The position numbers were made by a program, and so were the translations under genes. A stretch of DNA of 64,000 bases, taken from assembly GCF_022539665.2 (NCBI RefSeq), contig NC_081333.1, forward strand, positions 6,138,001 to 6,202,000, read 5' to 3'. Below, piece by piece: positions 22,630 through 36,900 of the stretch. The notes beneath the pieces were generated by a model that was not told the DNA's origin, did no database searches, and saw only the letters and a program-made list of their open reading frames with translations. Origin of the DNA: Daphnia carinata (lineage: Eukaryota). Numbering within the stretch: position 1 is the first letter of the stretch; every line of letters begins with the position of its first letter.

Positions 22630-25617
22630 ATTAGCAGAAATGTTTTTTTCTTATTGATGACATTAGCATAAAATTAGTATTTAATGGGACAGACTTGTAC
22701 TTAATTTGTAGTCCTTAACTTTCTCTACGATTTGATATAATTAGTTAATGGGTTTCTTAAATTTTACCTTATATATTTCCTGTGTCGTCTAGGTGTCAAC
22801 TAATAAGTAGTACACTGTATACGTTATTTGCCCGCAAGCAATACGCACAGATTTCAATTATCGTTTTCTCGGGTATTGTTACGTTTTATAATTTGCCCTT
22901 TGGACAAATTGCGTAACCCCCCTTTTAGTTTATAATTCGCCTATAAGATGTCCCTATTGAACCCCTATCACTAAGCCATTCGTGAAGCGACGAAATGTAT
23001 GTTTCTTGTCCCAAATTAGTAGGAACCGGGCCTGTGTCCCAATTCACGCTTTTACCCTAATTCCCTTCTAAATGACACTTCATATCTATCGATTCTGTAC
23101 TGCATTGCGATAAACAAGTGTTACCTACGGCTCTGCAATCACTGGCAGGGCTGTAATAGGCAAGGACCTGCATATTTCTATCGTGATGGTTGGTATTTGC
23201 GTCACAGGGTCAGTTCAGTTCAGTTATCAACAGTTCAGTTGTCCACAGCGTCACTATCAGTTCTTTTGTAACTCAGGAATTGTCGACTAAGTTATTATTC
23301 AAGCCTTTGTTCCCTTTTCTCGATTTGTCTCCCCCCTGTGAAATAAAGCCTATGTTAAATTTTGAAACAATCATTTTTCCATTTTTCATGAAATTAATCT
23401 TTCTTCTCCATCTGTTTTCCTGTGCCATTCTCATATGCATGAAGAATGTCGCACAAATGGTGCTGAAACCCAATATTTTACGAACACGTGCATTCCTCGT
23501 CCTTGTTTGACAACAAGGGGCTAGATCTTAAAAAATCTCAATTGGATCATTCTTAAAATTGTCGAGTATTTCCCTTGTAAAACTTTTGCAGCTGTTTACG
23601 CGAGCCTGAAGGCTACGCCTGTCTACCACATGTTGAGTATCTGACTACGGTGTCGCTATATCTACGTGAATCATCGACATCTGTTAACATGTAACTCTGT
23701 TACCCTGTAATAACGTTTCTACGTCATGAGGGAAACCGTACCCAAAGCCGAAAATGTGGATATGGACGGCGATATCCTAATCGTAGACGACTTGAAACGC
23801 GAAAATCAGAAGAGTGAAAGGCACCTGCTCCCGGAAAACGATCTCAAGAAGAAACGAGGGAAGGGAAATTTGGCCTACACGAAATTAAAGACCCAGCTCA
23901 GAAAAGCAGCGGCAGATCACAAGAAGGGAGCTATCATATTCAAAACAACTGAAGTTGCAGTATGGCAAGATAATTAATTCGTTTCTACGAAGAAGTTAAA
24001 GAATTGCCCACACGGCGCATCTCCTTCCTGGAAACCTCCTCAAAGGCTCTTAGCCTTCCCAACGCATCAATCATACCGTTGAGAAGTACTGAGGAAGGCC
24101 ACAAGAGGCTGAAAAATTGTGGAGGATCATGCCAATATTTTCAATTCAAGAAATTGTTGGTGATATGCTCAGGAGTGCTTTAGGAGATCCCTCCGTGAAA
24201 GTAAGACTCGTGCGTTTTAAAGTATCACAAAAACATTTGGCTGTTTCAAACAAATATATAAAATCAAGTAAAATTGTTAGATAATGTAAATTTTGGGGTT
24301 TACCATTGTTTATTCAATAAATTATTAAGGCGGCTGTTTTTCATAGAAATGAGGAAGACAATATGTGGATTGCAAAAATTAATCGCTAACGTTAATAAAC
24401 TAACAAAGGCAGCCAAAGGAAATAATTAAAAACACAAACAATAAAACTCTTTCAATAGGATAAAGGTCGAGCACTACAATAAGTGAAATAAGAGACCGAT
24501 TTCTATCATACCACCTAAAAAATGCCTATGGACTAAAGTATTGCACCTCCTCTGTAACTGGACATGTAATTTCAGGGTATTTAATAAATAATTATTAAAA
24601 TACAATTAGAGCAAAATCAGAATATGTAAGAGCTGTATATTATGTAACGATAGTAGTATGAAATAGCAAAACATTAATGCAATTGGAAAAGTTTGTTATG
24701 ACCACATAAAGTGCAAAATAAGTAATGAATATTTCTGATTTTTGCTCTAATAGTATTTTGTAAAATGAACTCTATTAAATACAATATAGTTCACGTTATT
24801 CTGTAATTTTAATTAAAATGGCATAAGAAAAAAAAGTTTTGTGAACCATTTAAGTAATGAATTAACACCATCGGTATTTTAAAAAGGAAAATGGATGTAA
24901 GCCGACGCTTTTACACGCTCATCGCTGTCTATGCTTTTGGAGATCATCGTTCCAATTGGAACTATTAAAAAAAATATCACTATCTCTAAATAGAAATAGG
25001 ATTAATGCTTTGGAAAAATAGGACTGTCCTAAAATATTTTAAAAGTCCTATTTCACCGCCAATCTCAATAAAAGATAAAGTTTTTTATTGAATATGCAAT
25101 TTCAAATATTCTGTGGTCGTTTAATATTCATTTTATGTCTTAATTACATTAAAATGCTATAAATATTATATAAAGCCGTTGGGTATATCGAAAAGGGGAG
25201 GCCGGGGCTACGCAGGTCAGGGGTTCTGCCGGTCAATCTACCTAAAAAATACTAAATTTTTTTAAGAATTAAAAATAAAATCGTTAATTAAAATAATGTA
25301 CTGCATCACTGTGGAAATAATTGAGATGATTTAATAAACATTGGCTGATATATAACTAATAATCGAAATCGCATTAATTTTAATTTTCGACGGAAAGTTT
25401 CGCTTCGTATAGCGATGATACAAAACAAGATAGATTCCTTTTCCGTAGAAAAATAGTTTGTTTTTTCTAGAAAATTTTTCCTGCTTTGGATTTTTTATTA
25501 TGTTTTTTGATTGCGCATCTTCTTGAAGTTGCGCATTGGACCCCTATTGGGGTTAGACCGGTCGATTTGGTGGGGTTCAACCGGTCAATGTCTTCTACAG
25601 TTTTATCAGCTTGTTAA

Positions 25618-28600
25618 TGTAACGTATTCTAATAGTACGTTGGTAGGGAGAAAGACACTTGATAGCGATTTCACTAGCACTTTTATTTGAACTTTCGGAA
25701 ACTTACAAAAAAGACGTCTGCTTGCGACAAGTGGAAATTAAGAAGGGTCAGCCATTGCCGACATCGGCCACCAAGAAGGCTCGGTTAAACAGCGCCCCTA
25801 GCGGCATACACAAATAATATTAAAAATAATACAAATAAATATAAAAAACAGCAGGTCTTCGCACGGGCTTTTCAAATCTAGAAACCCCTTGGTTGTCCTC
25901 CTTTTGAGAATCTGCAACAACCTCCCCGCCGGAATCGCCAGCTCCCTCCTGCGATTCCAAATTCTTCTTGCGGAGTGGATTCTTTTTTTTCTTCTTGGAT
26001 GTAGTTTTCTTTCTTTTCTCCGGCTTCAGCGTTGTCGACTAGTGTGTCGATATCGGCTTGTACTTCTAGACGATGGACAGTCTGGATGCCTCGGGTGGTT
26101 TCCTTTCCCGATCGTAGCCGTAGGGTAACAGCCCTTACTTTGCCGTCGTAGCCAGAGACCAATTCAATAACAATGGCCGTCGGCCATGAAACTCGCTTGA
26201 TGTTCGGCTCTTTCAACAAGACGACTTCGCCAACACGTGGAATTCTTGTACCCTTGTCTTTGCGACAGTAAAATCGCCTAAGGTTGAAGAAGTACGAGTC
26301 TTGCCAAAGCCTCTACCATGTTAGTGCGTGCTCGCTTCTCTGCTTATCCAATTCGATAAGCTCGTCGCGGCTAATTTTCGTAGCGTCGGGTGACTCTATT
26401 GTGGCACCAGGTCGCCTTCCAGTTAGCAGCTTTTGAGGAGATAAAACTTCAAAGGATTGTTCGTCTCCAGACACATAAGTGAGAGGCCGTGAGTTCACGA
26501 CGGCTTCGATTTCAAACAAGATGGTATGAAGCTGGTCGTAGCTCACTTTCATTTTCCCCAACACAACGGTTAACGGTTCTTTAACGGAGCGCACCATTCT
26601 CTCCCAGAACCCGCCCCACCAGGGAGCTAGATTGGGGGAGAATTTCCACTTAATACCCTTGCTTGACAACCAGTTGGCTAGGGTAGGATCTTCTGATATC
26701 AGTTTTGCCGCAAATGTAAATTTTAACGCGTTGTCACTGTAGATAATTTTGCAATCTTCTCTACGCGACATCATTCTTCTTAACGCGTGCATAAACGTTT
26801 GGGCAGTTAGTTCAGTCACAAGTTCCAAGTGCACGGCTCTTGTGACGGCACAATTAAACAAGCACGCATGCACTTTTTTCTCTCCTACATGCGTTTTCTC
26901 GATATTGTTCCCTTCACTGTGGTTTTCAATTAGGATGACTTCTTCTAAGTCGTACATTGGTCCGAAGTAGTCAATCCCGATGACCTCAAAGGGTTGTGCT
27001 CTCTTGGTACGATCCAAGGGCATTGAAGCCGTTTCTTCATTGAAGGGACGAGATTGCACTCGTTGACAAATCACACACTATTTGATGACACTTTTTATTC
27101 GTTGGCGGGCGCGAATAATCCAAAAACGATTTCATAAAAACGTCAGAGTGTTTTGGACACCGGCATGTTTCCGTTTGACATGATGATATTGGATCACCAT
27201 GTCCACAATCTTCTCGGTTGCTGGGAGAAGAATCGGCGGGTCGATCAGCAATTCCTTTAAGGCTGGACCTACTCAACCAGTCACTGGAATAAGCTTTTCT
27301 TGCGCATCCCAAATTGGTCTTAAAGTTTCAAGGTTGCAAAGCAGTTTACCAAGTGGCTTCCCATCTTGAAGGGATTCGTAGATTTCTGGAAATGCCCTTT
27401 TCTGAATAGACTTCAAAATAAAGTTTTCGGCGGTGGCGATTTCGTGGACAGATAGAGATGGGTTTTCCTTTCCTTTGACCGTTTCGATTGCCTTACCGAG
27501 CAAATCCTTTCTAAAAAGCCTAAATATCCAGGCAATTGTTCGTAGAAACCACAGATAACTGCTTGCTCTTGATGCCAATGCATCAAACCAATCTAGGGGC
27601 CTGCTTACTGCAAGACTTTCGATTCTTGTCTTGGATCTTGCCTCAATCTCCATCGACTGTATTTCTTCTGATGTCAGATTTCCTTGTTGCGGCCATTCTT
27701 TTTCGTCATAAATCAGCCAGGATGGACCTCCCCACCAAAAAGAAGCCGCAATCAGGTTTTTGACCGTGGTTCCCCTTGATGTGTAGTCTGCTGGATTGTC
27801 TTTCCCAGGGCAGTGTTTCCATTGTTCTGGTTTGGACCTTCTCCTAATAGCCTCAACTCTGTTTCTGACAAACAGCTTCCAACGGGTTGGCTCACCCTTT
27901 ATCCATCCTAAAGTTGCCATTGAATCTGCCCATAGATGCACTTTCCATTGGACCTTGTCAATTGCATTGACGATTCGTTCAGCTAATACACTACCGAGCA
28001 CGGCACTAAGCAATTCTAGTCTTGGTAGCGATACTTCGTTCTTCGGAAGTGGTGCTGCTCTTGTCTTGCAACAAATTAGGTGCATGAAATCTGGATATTG
28101 CGATTTCGCGTAAGCCACTGCACCATATGCTTTTGTCGAAGCGTCACAAAATATGTGCAATTCTTGCATGTGTTTGTTTGGTGCCAAAGAAATCATTCTT
28201 GGCACTTGTATCTTCTCAATGTCTTTGAGAACTTCAACTATTGCTCTGAATTGGATTTCCGTCTCTCTGGGCACTTCATCGTCCCATCCAATTTTGACTT
28301 GCCACAATTCTTGAAAAAGAAGCTTGAATTGTAACGTGACGGGTCCAATTAATCCAAGTGGGTCGAACAGTTTTGTTGAAATTTTTGAGAAAGATCTCTT
28401 CGTTAAAATTTTAACTTTTGTAGCTGCGTCTACAATTACATCAGACTTGAAATAAAAGCAATCCGTGCTTGTATTCCATCTTACACCAAGTACTATTTGC
28501 GGGTCTAAATTAAGACACAAATGTGAATTAGTCGAGTCTTCTGTTAAATTTTGTTTTTGTATATATCTACGCAGCTCACTGTTGTTAGTCACCCATTTTC

Positions 28601-31600
28601 TTAAGTCCATTTTGCGTCTGCAAAAAGTTTCAGTACAGTTCCTATTACGGCCATTTCTTCCAGTGTATTGGATTTGGTACTTTTTTAAACTTAAAATCAA
28701 ATCTTCGAAAAAAAAGGTCCGTCAAATCAGTTCCAAATCAAATCTTTGAAAATATGGCTGAAATCCAAATCATTTTATATTTAAAAAAATCCAAATCAAA
28801 TCCAATTTATTTTTCTTTTTTCTCTTGTCGATTGACAGTTTCCAAAAGATGAGCATTTCGTTTGATGAATACAAGCATGTCAAATAATTTGGGTTTTATC
28901 TTGTTTCTTTTTGCTGACAAAATATCAACTACCGTGTTAAATGCACGCTATTAGCGGAAGAACTTTTAGAAATCATAATTAAATGTAACTTTTATTCGTA
29001 CACCATTTTTATGCACTTTTAAATTATTTTATATTTTCTCTGCTTTTTAAAATTAATTATAATCATGCAGAACATGGAATTCCCATGGTATCCCTTGCAA
29101 TTGGGGCTAAGGCTAGGAATCTATGTTGATTAAGATTCCAATATTCACATGGACTAAAATCAAGACCAAATTGACCCTTTTCATTCACAATTGGGGGCTC
29201 TTTCAAATAGTTATCAAATTCATCGAGCACTTTCGACACACCCCTTGACAAAGTTCGAGGGCGAACGAGCACGCTGGCAAGTAGAGGACGGATGGATTGT
29301 CTTGCTCGCTTATGAACAGGGGTAGCTGATGGATTTTCATTTGCTTTACGTGTTCTTTCATCTTCAGCACCACTGCCAGAGTTGTCTTCATTGTCTTCCC
29401 CCTCTTCGTTACCACCTAAAATTTCAAATAATAAATTCAACCATATAAATCAGCTTACCTAAGACACAAATGTGCATGAGACGCATGAATGTAAAAGTGG
29501 TTTTCATACCGACTGTACGATAGCGCAATCTCAGTAATTCCTTAGCAGTAGCAATGACGTCTTCTTCGTCTTCTCCGCTGCTGTTATCGACGTTCCCTTT
29601 ATTCTTGGGTCAAGCAGTGATCCTGCAATAGTTCACAAAGTTCAAAAACATCACAAGACTTCAGTACTGTTTTTACTACTTCCGCAGTCCTTGAGCAGAT
29701 TGATGGTATGATACCATCTCTCCTCTTTCCATAGCTCGGAATTTGATATGTAGGTGCGAGAAATGAGATCAGCTTCCGAAATCCCTCTCATTGCACTATC
29801 GTTAAAGGCAAATTGTCTCAAACAATCATTTCGCCTAAAAGAGTGTCAATTTTCTTTTGAGTATCTTTTGGTATTTTTGGTGCTGCTAGGAAATTCTTCA
29901 TGGAAGACTCGTTTGTTAGGTTTGCTTCCCCTCCTCCTTTTACTTTGTTATAATCTTCTTCGTGGCATCTTCTTAAATGTCGGATGAAATTGGAAAAGGA
30001 ATCTGCCTGTCCGTGATGATATTTCCCGTTGTTGCATTACTTACATTGCGCGAAGACCTTTCCGCTTGCGTAATCAGTATGCCAGTTTTTCCAGCAATTA
30101 GTTCTCCAGAGAGGCACTTCGCTTGATCAAAGATTGGCGTTTTCACAGCGTTTTTTGGTAGTTCTACTGGGATGGATCTTACTCCCTTGTCCAGAACATC
30201 TTCGTCTTCAGAGGAAGTTTCATCTCCATCAGGACCACTTGCCTCCTCTTCATATTGGGTTTCTGTAATAGTGTCTTCTTCCTCCTCTTCGTACAATAAT
30301 GGATCCTGAATGGAAGGGGCTATTGCACGGCTACATCCTCTAACTTGCGATGTACTTCGTGATGCACCTCTTGATGCCCCTCTTGATGCCCCTCTTTATG
30401 CCCCTTTTGATCCACCTCTTGATCCACCTCGTGATCCTCTTGAAGCACCACGCTTGGTGCCACTACCTGGTCCACCCATGTGTAATCACTTAAGAATGAA
30501 ACCTGATAAATATGAGGACTTAAATCTTATACAAAGATCAGAACAGAAATGCAAACCCTATGTATCTGTGAGATGTTAGAATGAGGACCCACAAACTCAC
30601 TCGAGGACTTTTGTTGTCTTAAATGTGACAAATGGGCAATGACTGCTAGTGACGATGAATGACGAAATTTACCCCGCTGGCTACTTAATAGGCCTATAAC
30701 TATGGCCCCTAAAACATCGGAAAATGTGCGAATCGCTCATGTCACTAGCGACATCTGCCAAGCAATTTTTGTAAGTAATGATTTGGATTTGATTTGGATT
30801 TTTCACGATATTTCAAATCAATTCCAAATCCAAAGCATCATTATAAAAAAATTTTAAAATCCAATCCAAATCAGCAAAATGATTTGATTTGATTTGGATT
30901 TGATTTGAATTGCGGGCAAAAATCCAATACACTGATTGCTTCTTCTACTGTAGATGCATTTGAGAAATAGTCGTCTGCATATACGTGGCGAGGATTTGTC
31001 TACTGCTTCCTGCTAAATCACCTTCATAGGACTCCAAGTGTTTTTCAAGACGGTCCTTAGCACTACCGGGCTACATGTGAGTCCGAATGGAAGCCTGTTC
31101 CATTTGTATAGTTGCAGCGATCCTGGGACGTCTTCGTCTTCTTAGTAGAATCTTAACGCTTCCGCGTCTTCTTTAAGTAGCTTCACCATGAGAAAAGCTT
31201 GTCTGATGTCAGCTGCTGTCCAGGCGATGAAATTCCACCTAAATAGTAACATCACGTCAAGGATGTCCGGGTTCAGATTGGGTCCTTCTTCTAGGCAGTC
31301 GTTGGCGCTGAAACCTGTTTTCGGTTTTGCTGAACCATTGAAAACAGGCCTAACTCTGCTGGTTGTTTTGTCTCTTCTGACAACCGGATGATGGGGCAGG
31401 ATAGTGTAGATACCACTTAATGATATATCTGCTCTGGAAATGAACCTATACTCTTTTAGTTTATCTAATTCGGCTTCACATGAAGTCTTCATTTCTTTAT
31501 CTCTGTCCAATCTTCTTATCAGCGCCTTTGCTTGATCCTCTGCCATGGCTTCATTCTTGCTCAGACGATTTTTGTTTTCATTCCATGAGAGTGGTGCCAC

Positions 31601-34600
31601 ATAATGTCCATCTTCATCTTAGACGATGGAGTCTGCATAGGATTTCCACTGGGTAGATAGTAGAATTTTCTCTAATGGATCCAAGCTTTCCAGCTTCCAC
31701 CATCTGGCGAAGTCTATTTCGTCAGTTTTCAGGTCTGTGTCTTCCTCCAAATTTTCGGGTGTTCCTGGTTTGGCTTTTAAGAGAAAACCAATTGCCGTGT
31801 TAGACGATATTGCCACTGTCTCATCCTACCCTAGTAATAACCATCCAAATTTGCTTTCTATCGCTCGAATGCCCGTTTTCGAGACGATCTGTTTTGAGCC
31901 GAGAATCTTCCAGACTTGATTCGCTCCGATCAAGACGTCGATTTCGCGCGGTCCTGCTCTTCCGCTTAGAACTTTGTCATCTGCGAGTTGGTATCCTTTA
32001 CTCCAAAGTCCGCTGATGAATTCCGCCTTTTTTGATCCAGCAACCTTCCCGATTTTGGGCTGCTCGATCGCTTCCAATTCTATCTGTTCAGCTTGTGGGA
32101 TGACTCCTCGAAGTCGCAATTTTCTTACGCTCCGTTCTTTCTCTGGATGCATGTGTCCCACTGCTTGCAGCTTCAGGTTGACTTTCCCGACCTCTTGTAG
32201 TCCTAGAGTTTGAGCCAATTCACTCCGAATTAAGGTTGCATTCGATCCTTGATCGACATAAGCAATAGCTTTCAGCCATCCTTTTGGGCCCTCCACTATT
32301 ACTGTTGCCGTTTGGACGTATACGCCACCAAATAGGCGTGCTTCTATTGAAAGAGGAGCGTCATCTGCTACCTTTAACATTGGAGATGCCGCTGCTGTTG
32401 CCGTCACCGATTTCGGATTAACTGCCTTGTTGCAGATGGCCGTGTGGTGATCTTTTCCGCATTTGCAGCACTTGCTTATTCTCCAACACTCTTTCACTTG
32501 ATGATTTTGTCAAAGGGACTTCCAACACCTTTTTTCTTTTTTGACTTGCTAAATTTTCTTTTCTAGTGTGACATCACATTTGTTGGTGGGGGTGTTTATC
32601 ATTGCAACATAAACATCTTCTTTTTTCCAAACTAAACTGTTTCCTGTTCTTTGGATTTCTTGGGTATTCTGTTGCAGTCCCTGTGACTGCTAACTCAGCT
32701 GCCGTTGGCGTTGTTGCGAATGTAACTCGTTTTGGTTTCTCTGGTGCTTCTGGTTTCGTTTTCTTCTTTTCGTGTTTTTCTGTGGAATAGCCATATTCCC
32801 AGTCTTGAGCTATTGAATCAATGAAATTAAAGAGATCTTTCAATGTCTTTTGCGACCGTCTGGTCTCTCCGTGCCATCTTGATATTAACTCAATTGGCAG
32901 TTTTCTTGTAATGATATCCATGATTGCTTCGTTTTGAGCTGTAGCCTGTTCTGGGTTGCCGAGATTTAAAGCATGGCCCATTGCCTTGTCGTGTAGTTGT
33001 CGTAAGGCCTTGTGGTCGTCTTGACGTTCTACTTTTCTTAGTTCTGTAATGGCAATATAGTGGTCTGCTTTCACCGATCTCGGCTTGTTGTATTTCCCAT
33101 TTAAGATATCTGCTTCCCTGTTGTAATTGTCTTCAGTTAAGTCCAAGTGCGATATCGCACCAGCGGCTTCCTCCGTTATGTGTAGTTTCAATCTGCCAAA
33201 TTTTTCGATGGGCCTCATGGATTGGTTTTCGTGGATAAGTATGCGGAAAATCGCCCACCAATCCCTCTATTTGTGTAGATCACCGTCGAACTTAATTTCG
33301 ATCATGGGTAGCAGATGTGCTATAGCCTACTCATAGCGTTTGCAGTAGGTTGCAAAGTTAGTGCGTTCATTGCCGGAGCAATGTTCGTAGTTGGAGATCT
33401 CTCCTCTTCACTATGCGCAGCAACTTGAAGTACAGGTTCTCTTTCTTGAGGGCTTCTTCTGCTCTCAACTGGTCTTCTCCTCCTCCAATCAATACTCATC
33501 TTGTGAAATCAGTTGACGAATTCTTCATGTTGTTGAAGATATCTTTCTTGTGCTTCAGCTTCCAATAGTGGGATGAGTGACCGATAGTTCTTAATGAGTC
33601 TCTTTATTCTGTCGTCGGCCAGCTCAAAAGATATTTTGGCTTCTACCAATCTTTCTTCTTCACATGCTTCGTCGTAATTCTTCAGGCCCTTATGGAGCTC
33701 CTTTTCTAAGATGTCGATGGTCACCACCATAGCTGCTCGGGTTAATGATTTCTTGGTGGCCATTTTGTTGTTTGAGTTTCAAGGCTGTCTGAAAAAATGT
33801 ATCTGAAAAAGAATTATTGTGGGATATCCCAAGGTGAGTTTTCTTTCTGAGAAAGCTACACGAAAATGGATTTAGAAAAGAACAAAAGGTTGTATTTTGC
33901 GATATCGCACCAGTTTCACAACAAAGGCTAGCTGTCCTTTTCTTCTATTACAAAAATCTTCTTGATTAAACAACCATAAAAATTATACCATGAAACAAAA
34001 GAAATCTTAGTTGTTTTCAGGTAATTCCTCTTCTTCCTTAGTAGTTCCTTAGTAGTCTCCCTTCCGCGTTTGGAGCACGTACTCTTTTCCTACCTCCTCT
34101 TTCTTCAAAGTCACCACCAGGCCTTCTTCACGATATTCAATCTTTACCTTCACCTTTTCTTTCTTTTCTTCTGGTACACCAGCTTTGTCAGAAAAAAAGT
34201 TGGCAACGACGACGTCCCTGACTGGTCATATGGTATACGTTGGTTGTGGTACAGGAAATCACGATGGATGAAGTCTTCTTGTCGGCTGTAGGTGGAACTT
34301 TGGGCCAAAGTCTGGTGTTGGATGAACCAATGGCCCTGGCGGAAGGCGAATGTCCGGGTAAATTTTCTCCTCTGGAACTACAGATGCTGGTTGTTGTAGA
34401 TGACGTGGTTTGAGAGATTCCAGGTATCTGGCCCGGTCGGTGTTTGACTGAATGTTTGTGACTCCAATGGCGTCAAATCTTGGCACATACCGGCTTGCTA
34501 CAGCGTAGAAGCCTCTCTCGTGGTAGTCTAGTTTGCCATCTATTGATACTCCAGGGGAGAGAGGTTGGTAATCTCTAGTAGGAGTGGTGTGAAGAGGTGC

Positions 34601-35340
34601 AGGTCGTTCCCCAAACTTAAATTTGCGCTTGAAAGTACCCAAGTCTTCTAATCTTAATTAGATACTTTTAAGAAAGGTTAGTAACGGGCTTTAAAGTGTA
34701 AATCTAAACCTAGTTTACGTTGAGCCTTTGGGTGTTAGTCCAAGTGAGTGGCCCGTATTCTCTATTCATAGCAAGGTATAAGATTTCTTGAAAAAAAGCT
34801 GTGGGGAATGAAATGGTTGTTAGTAAATTTAAAAGAAAAGGCTTAAACCCTCACACTAGTTTAAAGTAGTGGCCAAAAAATTTCCTTGACACGTGTTTCT
34901 TGCTCAACACGTGTGTGAATGTAATACTCAAGCAGCCTAAACGTCTAATTTGGACGATTTCTTCAATTCTAATGGTTTCGAAGGACCATGTAACGTATTC
35001 TAGACCTAAGAGAAAGCTTTTAATTAAATTAAATAAACACTTAATACCTTAATAGTACGTTGGTAGGGAGAAAGACACTTGATAGCGATTTCACTAGCAT
35101 TTTTATTTGAACTTTCGGATACTTACACAAAAGACGTCTGCTTGCGACAAGTGGAAATTAAGAAGGGTCGGCCATTGCCGACATTGGCTACCAAGAAGGC
35201 TCTGTTAAACAGCGCCCCTAGCGGCACACACAAATAATATTTAAAATAATACAAGTAAAGTATAAGAAACAGCAGTTCTTCGCACGGACCTTCCAAATCT
35301 AGAAACCCCGTGGTTGTCGTCCTTTTGAGAATTTGCAACA
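25618..35340 (-). mobile_element. BEL/Pao LTR retrotransposon, full length but with stops and frameshifts
   Basis: LTRs 34989-35340 and 25618-25919; 5-bp TSD GTTAA; PBS TGGTCCTTCGAAACC (tRNA-Tyr-like); PPT next to 25920; gag 33763-32574, protease (YVDQGSNATLI), RT (ILPHHPVVRRDKTTSRVRPVFN), RNase H (LHIFCDASTKAYG, LPRLEL), integrase (GIDYFGP, APWWGGFWERMV). Confidence 0.95.
28661..30934 (-). mobile_element. Internally deleted hAT transposon inserted in the BEL/Pao RT
   Basis: TIR CAGTGTATTGGATTT / AAATCCAATACACTG; 8-bp TSD ATTTCTTC/ATTGCTTC; AAATCCAAATC subterminal repeats; hATC dimerisation-like segment EFDNYLKEP..EYWNLNQHRFLALAPIARD. Confidence 0.9.
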
Positions 35341-35471
35341 GTTAAAAGCTTGTTAACCGGTGACCTTCGGATGACTCCGTTTCCTTTCTGTGGGTAATCA
35401 TGACATGCTGAAACATGATTCATGATACATAGTCATTTCTTCAGTTTTATTTTTGACTTCGTTCAGAGAAG

Positions 35472-36900
35472 ATGCGAAATTACTTGCGCAAAACCGACGC
35501 CATCCGACCTGACGAGGAGACACTCAAGCAGGCCGTATCTACCCTATTAAGTGGCCAAATAACACTGCGACAAGCAGCGGAGGCATTTAACGTGAAGCGC
35601 AGTACACTAAGTGGCGACTTAGTATAAGAAAAAAGTGCAATATTTTCATGGCGGAACCTTGCCTCCAGTACTAAGCGAACGGAACATTCGCGACAACTTT
35701 TAAGCATTTCAATGGAGGTCGAACTGGTGCAATATTTACTGTAATGTTCACGTTTAAATCATGGATTAACTCCAGTGCAAGTCCGGGAACTTGCTTTTCA
35801 GTATGCCGAATCCAACGCCATTAAATTTCCAGAGCAATGGCGAATTAATGGAATGGCAGGTTAAGATTGGTTTTCCGGAGTCCTGAAACGCCACGAAGAG
35901 CTTTCAATCCGAGCAAAGGAATCCACTAGCCAAGCGCGTGCTTCGGCCTTTAACAGGATTGTCGTTGAGCGCTTCTTCACCCAACTGGTGCAACTCTACG
36001 AGGAACATGATTTCGCTCCATCACAAATTTTGAATACGGATGAAACGGGCATCTCAACGGTAATGAAACCACCTCGCGTAGTCGCACAACTGGCCAAAAA
36101 CAAGTTCAGCAAACGATTTCTGTTGAACGCGGCGAAACAACGACAATGGTAGGGTTTATTAGTGCGTCCGGTTGCGTCATGCCCCCAATTTTTCTGAATT
36201 TGCGCGGCAGAATGGTGTGGTGATGTTTACATTTCCGCCCCATTGCTCACACAAACTGCAACCGTTGGACGTGTCCGTCTTTGGGCCGTTCAAACATACT
36301 TTTCGTCGAGAACAAGACGATTGGTTGGCCACACATCCCGGTGAAAAATTGCGGATCGATGATATTGCGTACTTGAATCGGGTTGCTTTTATCGAAAAGT
36401 TTAACCTGGTCAACATCATATCTGGATTCCGATCAACTGGAATTTGGCCCTTCAATCGGCACGTTTTTTCCGACAATGATTTCCTGCCATCACATGTCAC
36501 TGATAGGCAAATAGATGACTTCATAATTGGAGAGTTTCCCCATAATTTAATTATTAATTATTTAAATTTTATTTGCATAGTTCCGATTGCGGCTCAACCT
36601 AAAGCTACATCGTCAACAGCGAATCCGACTGAACCTACGTCGTCAACAGCATCATCTTCAGAAGCGCTAACAAGTAAATAAATTGTAATCCAAATTTTTT
36701 TTTTTATTTCTGCAAAAAAATTAATAGGGAGTTTTGAAGACATACGTCCGTTCCCCCGCGTGAAAGCCATAGAGGAGCCCTCCAAGAGAAAACGAATTGG
36801 TTCATCGCGCGTAATAACGTCGACACCAGAAAAAAATGGACCAGAGAAAAAAAACCCGGAAAGTCTCCTTATTGCAAGATAACGATGACGAAACCCAAAA
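35472..36900 (+). pseudogene. pogo transposase (HTH_psq, CENP-B HTH, DDE_1), degenerate and internally deleted
   Basis: MRNYLRKT..LRQAAEAFNVKRSTL; ILNTDETGISTV; FPPHCSHKLQPLDVSVFGPFK; NIISGFRSTGIWPFN; several stops. Confidence 0.88.

Larger units (their letters stand above)
10078..23057 (-). mobile_element. pogo/Tigger-type (Tc1/mariner superfamily) TIR transposon, internally deleted; carries a repeat array and nested LTR elements
   Basis: TIRs GGGTAAAAGAGCGAATTGGGACA / TGTCCCAATTCACGCTTTTACCC; TA TSD (10076-77, 23058-59); host sequence homologous to ~7420-7477 resumes right after it; C-terminal PHD remnant. Superfamily is inferred, since no DDE core remains. Confidence 0.82.
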
